From: Octopus vulgaris
Lineage: Eukaryota
Length of the DNA: 64,000 nucleotides
Direction: 5' to 3'
Assembly: GCA_951406725.2 (NCBI GenBank)
Contig: OX597815.1
Span: 47,368,001-47,432,000 of the forward strand
The notes below the pieces were generated by a model. It had not been told where the DNA came from and did no database searches. It was given only the letters and a program-made list of their open reading frames with translations. The position numbers and the translations under genes were made by a program. This document shows, piece after piece, positions 54,520 through 64,000 of the stretch (position 1 is the first letter of the stretch; each line of letters starts with the position of its first letter).

Positions 54520-54713
54520 ATTGGTTTCAAATTTTGGCACAAGGCCAACATTTTTAGGGGAGGGGATGAGTCGATTACATCGACCCCAGTCGCTCTCGAG
54601 AGGATAAATGACAAATTCAGCCTCGGCAAAATATGAACTCAGAATGCAAAAACGGACGAAATGTCGCTAAGCATTTTGCCCGGCATGCTAACGATTCAGC
54701 CAGCTTGTCGCCT
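54520..54713 (-). mobile_element. SINE family A
   Basis: gagtcgattacatcgaccccagt..tgaactcagaatg..ctaagcattttgcccggcatgctaacgattc. Confidence 0.8.
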
Positions 54714-55176
54714 TTGGCATACGAATATTAACCAAATTTACTAATTGCAGCAGAACTGTCAATAGCGTCTTCTGATAAAGTACAGATTGATTTATTGCAT
54801 ACAATATCATACAATTCATGGGGTAAAAATGCAAAAACAAAACAAAACAAGAAGAAAGAGTATATATTGGCAAAAACAGAGAGGAGCAGAGAGAGTAGTG
54901 GATTACATATAAGAAGAGCAGAGAATGTGAGAAGGAAGAAATGTGCGAGTTAAGACAGAATGAGTTGAATGGAAATTCGGGAAGTGAGAAGAGAAACAAG
55001 ACAGAGAGAGAGAGGGGGAGGGAGAGAGAAAGGAGAGAGAAATGGAAACAGGGAAAGAAGGAGAGAAAGAGAGAGGTAATGAATGAGGAAAACAGAGTGA
55101 GAGATAGTATTAGAAATGTTGGAGGCAAAGAGATATAGATAAGCAGATAAAAAGACAACTATATATATATATATAT

Positions 55177-55264
<88 letters not shown>

Positions 55265-55556
55265 GTATGTAGGTAGAGAAAGAGACAGGAAAACAGATAA
55301 ATAGATAGAGAATAGATAGATAGATGGATATATAGAGAGATATAGATGGATGTAGAGTGAGAAAGAGAGAGAGAGAAATAAATACCAGATTTTCAAAAAG
55401 CCTAGTACAGGGCTGCAGTCCATTAACTGAAAGATATACAAGATGAAAGGTACATCTAAGTGACACTCCAATAACAGGGTTATTGTTGTTATGGTAATTT
55501 CGACACACTGAGTTAAAAGATTCACCATCACTGGTGTAGGGTGAAGCAGCATCTAT

Positions 55557-55818
55557 TGCACTCCTACTGAGTCTGCATTGCTTGCCTGCTATTCGACTAA
55601 CAACTGAATCTACGGAGATAACTGCACTCCAGTGAGTCTGCATTGTTTGCCTGCTATTCGGCTAACAACTGAATCTACGGAGATAACTGCACTCCCAGTG
55701 AGTCTGCATTGTTTGCCTGCTATTCGGCTAACAACTGAATCTACGGAGATAACTGCACTCCCAGTGAGTCTGCATTGTTTGCCTGCTATTCAGCTAACAA
55801 CTGAATCTGTGGAGATAT
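55557..55818. repeat. Minisatellite, 65-66-bp unit, ~4 copies
   Basis: GAGTCTGCATTG recurs at 55569, 55634, 55700 and 55766. Copies are nearly identical. Confidence 0.95.
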
Positions 55819-56621
55819 AGGAGCGAGTTAAATAGTTGAGAATTTAAAACCCAAATTTCTAAACTGAAACCCATATGAAGTAATTTCTTGTACGTTGGAG
55901 TGAATCGAGCTGGTCAATTAAATATATGTTTTCTTGATCAAGACTGATTATGTTAAAGGAGGACAAGAAAGCAAGACGGGGAAATAAAGAGAATAGACAA
56001 TAAAGGAAAAATAAAATATAAAAACAAAGAAACGTGAGAAAGAAAAGGAACTCATTTAATCATCGGTGAGGTTTCACTGGACAGGCCTATAATCAAAGAC
56101 ATTTTAAGACATGGTTATCTATTTTTAGTAGTGTCCCTTAGGGACCATTATCCAACCTGTTCTTTGAAGGCAGTAAAATGTGATGTGTTGAAGACAGAGT
56201 CGTTATTTCTAGCAGTTCGAACAGTCTTATAGGTGTCCCTTCTCTGACTCATACAAAACAAATGATTTTGCAGAATAAACATTACTTGTGGGAGAAAAAA
56301 AAAATAGCAGTGTATTGACATATAGTGACACTAATGACTGAGATAGTGGGGGAAAACGCGGAGAGAAGGGGGTGTGAGTGTTGGGCAGAGAGAATAAGAG
56401 CGACAAAACTAAATGTATGTATATATGAAACAACACAGCGGGGATACATAATTGCATCTGCTGAATAAATACTTACATGCGTGTACGCACACACATACAC
56501 ACACAGAGAGCCACATACACATATGTATATATATATGTGTGTGCGTGTATACACATATATATATATATATGTGTGTGTGTGCGTGTATACACATATATAT
56601 ATGCATATATACATATATGCT

Positions 56622-56660
<39 letters not shown>

Positions 56661-56761
56661 GGGGGGTATGTGTGTGAGTGCATATATATATATATATATA
56701 TATGTATATGCATATATATATATGGGAATATATATTTCTTTATACATATGTAGATATTTAG

Positions 56762-56813
<52 letters not shown>

Positions 56814-56868
56814 TTATTTATATATGTATATAAATATATATACATACATTTATACATAGATATATAGG

Positions 56869-56913
<45 letters not shown>

Positions 56914-57308
56914 TCTACATTTATACATACATATATATATATACACACAGATATATACATATATAGGTATATGTATATATATTTATACATATATACTTAC
57001 ATTGCTTAAGTATGTGAGTGTGTGTGTGTGTGTGCATAAAACTATTGGATTTAGACGTCATCAGTTAAGTGTTTATTTTTATTTTTCACTAGAGTATGTG
57101 TTATCTTTGTTTATTTTAGCATTGTGCTGTGTTACGAGTATTGCTTCCATCATTAATTGTCCATATTTATGGGGAGTTCTATAGTGTATAAATGCGTGCG
57201 TATTCCTCACTAATGCTTAACACAGCATAAGGCCAAAACAAACATAAACAAAATGGCGTATAATTTAACGGTCAACCATTCGAAATTCACGGCGGTAATG
57301 TCTTTTCA

Positions 57309-57363
<55 letters not shown>

Positions 57364-57379
57364 ATATCTCTATATCTAT

Positions 57380-57411
<32 letters not shown>

Positions 57412-57423
57412 CTCCCTTTCTCC

Positions 57424-57464
<41 letters not shown>

Positions 57465-57516
57465 GACAAAACATATATATATACGTATATATAAATATAT
57501 ATGTATGTATATACTA

Positions 57517-57560
<44 letters not shown>

Positions 57561-57573
57561 ACTATATATATTA

Positions 57574-57658
<85 letters not shown>

Positions 57659-57724
57659 TCAAGTAGGTGAATGAATTATCCTATGTTTATCATCAGCATG
57701 GAAAATTCGTTTAACCGAAACCTG

Positions 57725-57811
<87 letters not shown>

Positions 57812-58047
57812 TATAAAAATCGTATTAGCGTATTTACTCCCTACTTTACTAAATTACAATATATTGTGCTTGTAAAGATCTCAACTTGTTAACCACCTTA
57901 TTATTACTGTATATAACAGTAATAATATGATTTATTTAAAGTTTTCCTGCTTACAATAGCTTCTTTTAAACAGAGCGGGACGTTTAAAGCTAGAAACGGA
58001 CACTTGCTAACGTAGTGAATATTTTAGAAATAAATGTTAAATCCTGC

Positions 58048-58107
58048 TTTCAACCGTAGATCGCAAGACAATTATCATGCAAGGCGTGAAATCAATTGGT
58101 ATTGAAA
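58048..58107 (+). ncRNA. Degenerate type-I hammerhead
   Basis: UUUCAA-CCGUAGA-UCGC...GCGU-GAAA-UCAAUUGG-UA-UUGAAA. Stem I is 6 bp, stem III near-palindromic, two core substitutions. Confidence 0.55.
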
Positions 58108-58286
58108 CATGTATTACTTATCTTTGTATTCCAATCAGAGGTAAGCCTATTCTGAAATGTTCATTGCATTGCTTGTGGTGTATCTTTATCGTATATTTTA
58201 TGGTGTTTTTTTTTTGTGGTATGGGTTAGATTTTAGCAAGTGGTATTTATACCCTACTTTGTTAAATCATATATATACATATACAT

Positions 58287-58335
<49 letters not shown>

Positions 58336-58504
58336 ATATAATATATATTTATAGAAAATATTTCGAGAGAATTAATATGTATTTACTATTTATAGAAAAT
58401 ATTTCGAGAGAATTTATATGTATTTACTATATATATATATGTATATCTAATATGTATTTACTATATATATATATATATAGTAAATGCATATATAGTCAAC
58501 ATAT

Positions 58505-58883
58505 ATGGATAGAAATAAAAGTAATAGTACCGGTCTCAGCAAACTAATTTGGGATCTAAAAGACCACAATGAACAATTTCATTTAGAATGTTTGATTCTC
58601 TCAATCTCGATACCTTATGACAAAGGCAAAGAATTCTGTCTTCTCTGCAATTCTGAGCTATTTTTCATTATTTTTTCTAAAAAAAACCCTAGTAAACACG
58701 GTTATACAGCGAGCATACAGATGTAAATTGTATGATAATAAGTTATGGGTCCGTAAAGACACACCAGATAGTTTCGATATACCAATGGGAAGTTCTGATT
58801 CAGCAGAGATAGCTGATTTGGTCTGTATATATATTCTTTTTGAAATGGCAGAAGAGTTCCCTAACATTTATGTTAATAAATAA
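58505..58883 (+). mobile_element. Penelope-like element fragments (GIY-YIG C-terminus followed by RT motif B)
   Basis: NSTGLSKLIWDLKD..LIL..PY..CLLCNSE (endonuclease end), then YDNKLWVRK..FDIPMGSSDSAEIADLVCIYIL (RT). Confidence 0.8.
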
Positions 58884-59178
58884 TGAAATTTCCACATTTC
58901 TTACAATGGACCAGAGATCATCTTCAAATTGCTTCAATCTTGGGTTAGGCGGCGGACTATTTTTAGATTTAAATAACTTGTTGAACTGAGATGTTTTATC
59001 ACATTCACGTTATCCAATATAGGTTTTCTTTGCTGTATTATTATTTTTAGGGTTGCAGTAACTTCTGCCTCATATATGATAGATCTAGTTATGCTTCGTT
59101 GGTCAAGTGGACAGGATCCGGGGTCGAGACAGTTGCAAAAGATTTCAGGCTATTGGTATTGACCACGTGTAATGATAA

Positions 59179-59247
<69 letters not shown>

Positions 59248-59990
59248 GGGTCATTCAAAGTTTTCTTTCCTCAGTCAAGTACCAGATTATCTTCACAATT
59301 TCATTTATATATATATACCCTCCTTCTTCCCTTCTTTCCTGAGCGTCCAATAACAAAAACACACATATAGTGAGATGGGAGAGAAAGGAAATACTGCTTA
59401 GGAAAATCAAGAAGTGAAGAAGAGCAAACAAAAGGGAATTTAAAATAGGGAGAGAAGTCGGTGTTATATATTTTCCCCTCTACCAATTCAGGGGCGATAC
59501 AACCTGGAGCCAACGAATTAGTAAAGAGATTCTCTTTATTACAAAATGCTGACCCCTTTTGAACGGGTCTACAATAAATGACATATCCACCACGGCCTTG
59601 GAATAACACAAATACACAAGCAAATATTAAAAATGATACACTCAAGAAATTCCCAAGAATTCATTAAAAACAAGACAGTCCCAATCACTGCTATAATCCA
59701 TAATGTGCCAATTTTAAGTCATTTGAACATTTAACATCTTACTACTATCATACTACCTACATTCCTTCTTATCTTCCTTCTCTTTTTTTTTCTTCTTTGT
59801 CTTCTTCCTCTCCGCCACCTCCTTCCTAACTTTACCACTATTGCTGTTTAGACTAACACCTACACAAATTTTATAAACAAAACTTTCAAAAGAGATGTTC
59901 CAGGAATTCAACAGTTACTACTACCATCCACAGCAGGTCATTTTCGGGGAAGCTGACCACTCAACATACCACTATCATGGCACTCCCACA

Positions 59991-60459
59991 TTCTTCTTCT
60001 TCTTCTTCTTCTTCTTCTTCTTCTTCTTCTTCTTCTTCTTCTTCTTCTTCTTCGTCTTCTTCGTCGTCTTCTTCTTCTTCTTCTTCTTCTTCTTCTTCTT
60101 CTTCTTCTTCTTCTTCTTCTTCTTCTTCTTCTTCTTCTTCTTCTTCTTCTTCTTCTTCTTCTTCTTCTTCTTCTTCTTCTTCTTCTCCTCCTCCTTCTTC
60201 GTCTTCTTCTTCTTCTTCTTCTCCTCCTTCTTCGTCTTCTTCTTCTTCTTCTTCTTCTTCTTCGTCTTCTTCTTCTTCTTCTTCTTCTTCTTCTTCTCCT
60301 CCTTCTTCGTCTTCTTCTTCTTCTTCTTCTTCTTCGTCTTCTTCTTCTTCTTCTTCTTCTTCTTCTTCTTCTCCTTCTTCGTCTTCTTCTTCTTCTTCTT
60401 CGTCTTCTTCTTCTTCTTCTTCTTCGTCTTCTTCTTCTTCTTCTTCTTCTTCGTCTTCT

Positions 60460-60491
<32 letters not shown>

Positions 60492-60616
60492 GTCTTTTTC
60501 TTCTTCTTCTTTTTCTTCTTCGTATTCTTCTTCTTCTTCTTCTTCGTCTTCTTCTTCTTCTTCGTCTTCTTCTTCTTCTTCTTCTTCTTCTTCTTCTTCT
60601 TCTTCTTCTTCTTCGT

Positions 60617-60646
<30 letters not shown>
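59991..60646. repeat. ~655-bp (TTC)n/(GAA)n triplet tract with GTC/TCC interruptions
   Basis: Direct reading. Confidence 0.97.
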
Positions 60647-60650
<4 letters not shown>

Positions 60651-60728
60651 ACAGTTGAAAAAGTCTCAATGAATGAAACCAGTACTGAAATGTTTTTTTT
60701 ATAAAATTATTTTAGCGTGACTTTTTTA

Positions 60729-60836
<108 letters not shown>

Positions 60837-60868
60837 GTATATATATATGTATATATGTATATATATGT

Positions 60869-61078
60869 ATCTCTTGAGCACCACCAGCTCAAATATTTTC
60901 TCCTCTGTCTTCCCTCCTTGGGATCTTTCCTTCTCCTTGTTTCCGACGAAGAGCTCCGCTCAAAACGTTAAACCCTCCTTCCCTTCTTTCCTGAGCGTCA
61001 ACAATACTTTAATTGTTCCACGTCCTGCGTTGCTGTGTTTTTTCTCTTTTTTTCTGTGTTTTCTTGTTTGGATTAACT
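60869..61078 (+). mobile_element. HHR-bearing cassette, family H1, degenerate core
   Basis: GUUU-CCGACGA-A-GAGC-UCC-GCUC-AAAA-CG-UU-AAAC (60939-60973). Flanked by (TA)n. Confidence 0.6.
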
Positions 61079-61133
61079 ATATATATATATATGTATATGT
61101 GCGAGTGTGTGTGTGTATGCACGCGCGTGTCTG

Positions 61134-61243
<110 letters not shown>

Positions 61244-61342
61244 GGAAAAATACATTCGTACATACATACACAAATATACACACACACATACATACACACA
61301 CATACATACACACACAGACATATATATATATATATATGTATG

Positions 61343-61419
<77 letters not shown>

Positions 61420-61468
61420 TATATATATATATAGAGAGAGAGAGACAGAGAGACAGAGAGAGAGAGAC

Positions 61469-61551
<83 letters not shown>

Positions 61552-61718
61552 AATAATGAGTGAGGGGAGTGGAAGAAAGAGAGTGATGTAACATAGAATA
61601 TACATGTCCAAGCATTAGAGTCTAAGGAAGGGCTGAGTTTGAGGAATAGATAAGGACATATGGAGTTGCTGAGAGAGATATGAAGAAAATATAGTGAGAC
61701 TAGAAGCGAGGCCGTTAA

Positions 61719-61929
61719 CCCATTAAATCCCAGAGTACTTAAATTTCTGAATATTACTTTTAAATTTTTACAGATGATTGAAAATAGGTTAAAAATGAAA
61801 AAAAAATTATTAAAACTTCTTTACTTCATGTAGAAATGGACATACTCGTTGTCCTATAAATAGGACACTGCGACAATGTGATATAGCTTATTTAAATGTC
61901 CTATTTATAGGACAGTTGGACTTAAAGTG
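61719..61929. mobile_element. piggyBac-like MITE
   Basis: TTAA on both sides (61715-61718, 61930-61933), CCC-start degenerate ~14-bp TIR, internal palindromes TGTCCTATAAATAGGACA and TGTCCTATTTATAGGACA. Confidence 0.65.
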
Positions 61930-62386
61930 TTAAGAACGTGAGACAAGCCACCTGTGCGCAAGTGAGATAGATAGAAAGATAGTTAGAGAGAGAGAGAGAA
62001 AGAATGAGATGTGTGTGTATGTATATGTGACTCAGAGATTCCTCATCCTTTATACAGACACGCGCGTGCATACACACACACACACACACACACACTCGCA
62101 CATATACATACACACGCACACACATACACACGCACACACAGTTAGAGAATCGGAGAAGAAATAGAAAAATAGCTAAGTTAGGGATTTTGTAGCAGGCTTA
62201 GCTATAAAATTCAGTTAATTGACAGCATTACGAACAAAATCGTCCGTTGATTACAATCGATGTTGAACAAAACTGAATTCTGGAGGGTTTAACTTGATAT
62301 GATAAAAACTTAACATCCATTATTTATTTCATCATTTTCATCGTGTTATGGTTGTTTATTTACATTGTCATAGATGTGTGCGTGTA

Positions 62387-62471
<85 letters not shown>

Positions 62472-62551
62472 GTCTATCAATCTATCTATCTATCAATCAT
62501 TCTATCTAGCTAGCTAGCTAGCTAGCTATATATCTACCTATCTATCTACCT

Positions 62552-63135
62552 ATCATACTTGTGGCTATGGCGAAAGAATGTATCTGGTGGACGCGCCTGA
62601 AATGATTAGAGACAAAGACTTTCCTCTCTGGTCAATCTCTCATCAACTTCTTCAAGTATCACTTGAAGAGGAAAGTGAGAGTAGAGAGGCAAGTTTTGCC
62701 TAGTGAATGTTTTAAAAAAGATGGGTGAATGTAGCAAGGATGGCACGTATGAATGACGAAACCACCTTGACTATGATTCTATGAACCGTAAAAATTAATA
62801 CAGAGAGTTGCTTATTTGCAAAAAAAAAATAAATAGATATAACATGTGACTTCATTGACCGAGGTTACCGTGGTCTTTTCCGTAGGCTTTTCTTTCCACG
62901 GGTAAACCACACCTGTCCTCCCCTTTACACTTCATATTGACATTTCTGTGATTACGATCCCTATTGATCAGCTTTTTTTCCTCTCCCCTTTTCTCCCCCC
63001 CCTTTTTGTCCTCTTTCTTTCCTTTTACGATCCCTTTTGATCGAAAACCAACCCCCTCTTTTTTACCCCCAAAAGAAAAGCTCTACCTTGTAATTTGTTC
63101 TGTCTGTGTGCAGCCCTATGTGGCTAATAAAGAAA
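62552..63135 (+). mobile_element. L1/Tx1-like LINE 3' end with 3' UTR
   Basis: LVAMAKECIWWTRLK..FKYHLKRKVRVERQVL..FKKRWV resembles the L1/Tx1 ORF2 C-terminus. Pyrimidine-rich UTR, AATAAA at ~63126, embedded between (TATC)n and (CATA)n. Confidence 0.7.
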
Positions 63136-63264
63136 CATATCTATACATACATACATACATACATGCCTACATACATATATATATACATACATACAAGCAT
63201 GTATACATACAAGCATGCATACATACATGCATACATACATACACTACTGTAAATATATATATTA

Positions 63265-63405
63265 GTCTGAAATTTTGGCTCAAAGCCAGCAATTTCGGAT
63301 GTGGAGGTAAGTCGATTACTTCGATCCTAGTACTGAACTGGTACTTATTTTATCGACCCCGAAAGGTTTAAAAACAATTCGCCGGAATTTGGCCTTAGAA
63401 TGTAA
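63265..63405 (-). mobile_element. SINE family A, degenerate
   Basis: taagtcgattac..actggtacttattttatcgaccccgaaagg. Confidence 0.75.
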
Positions 63406-64000
63406 ACACACACAAAACTTGGCGCGTGCACATTTCATCCTCACTTTATCTCTTTCCAGCATATTGCTCTCTTTCACACACACTTTCTACCTCTCTCTGT
63501 TTCTCTCGCACACACACACACACACATGCATACACACTTACACACTAACACACGTAACCGCTCAATGACTTAGTCCAAACTATAGCAAACAGTAATTAAA
63601 GAAAACAATTCTGTATGTGTACGTACCTATACGAACACGAATGTATAAGTTTCTCCATGTATGGATACCCATACACACATTCCAATCTGATGAGAAAATC
63701 TCTACGTAGTTCCTCGACCTGCTAGAAATAACAATGAAAACATGTAAGGATTCATACATACATACATGCATGAATGCATACATACATACATACATACATG
63801 CATACATACATACATACAGACATACATACATACATACATACATACATACATACATACATACATACATACATACATACATACATACATACATACATACATA
63901 CATACACACAGGTATTTCTCAAACAGCATTTAAACCGAAATTATCCGGAAACAACTGGATTTATTCCTTTCCTGCATTTACGAGGTGATGTAAAGAAGTT

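Noticed and set aside
55557-55818. Possible CRISPR-like array
   Set aside because: Units are contiguous and nearly identical with no unique spacers, and the context is eukaryotic.
59895-60704. 269-aa poly-Phe and 231-aa poly-Ser ORFs
   Set aside because: Both are readings of the (TTC)n tract.

Overview
AT-rich eukaryotic genomic DNA, saturated with microsatellites and transposon debris. The SINE families and repeat texture point to an octopus (coleoid cephalopod) genome; this is my inference. I found no credible host protein-coding exon, and nearly all listed ORFs are microsatellite translations. Supported content: one full-length but disabled D,D34D mariner (29232-30522) plus two mariner fragments; three RTE-type and one L1/Tx1-type LINE remnants; two Penelope-like (PLE) coding fragments; about five non-autonomous Helitrons; three tRNA-derived SINE families; several foldback/MITE elements, including an ~810-bp palindrome carrying TTAGGG repeats; and tandem repeats. 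The most notable signal is about a dozen type-I hammerhead ribozyme (HHR) motifs from about eight unrelated sequence families. Most sit in short cassettes in or beside (TA)n tracts and have a palindromic stem III, the dimer-type HHR known from PLE pseudo-LTRs and retrozymes. One (24806-24957) is a full-length HHR with a long extended stem I and a possible loop-bulge pseudoknot. All structures were read by eye and have not been computationally or experimentally checked.
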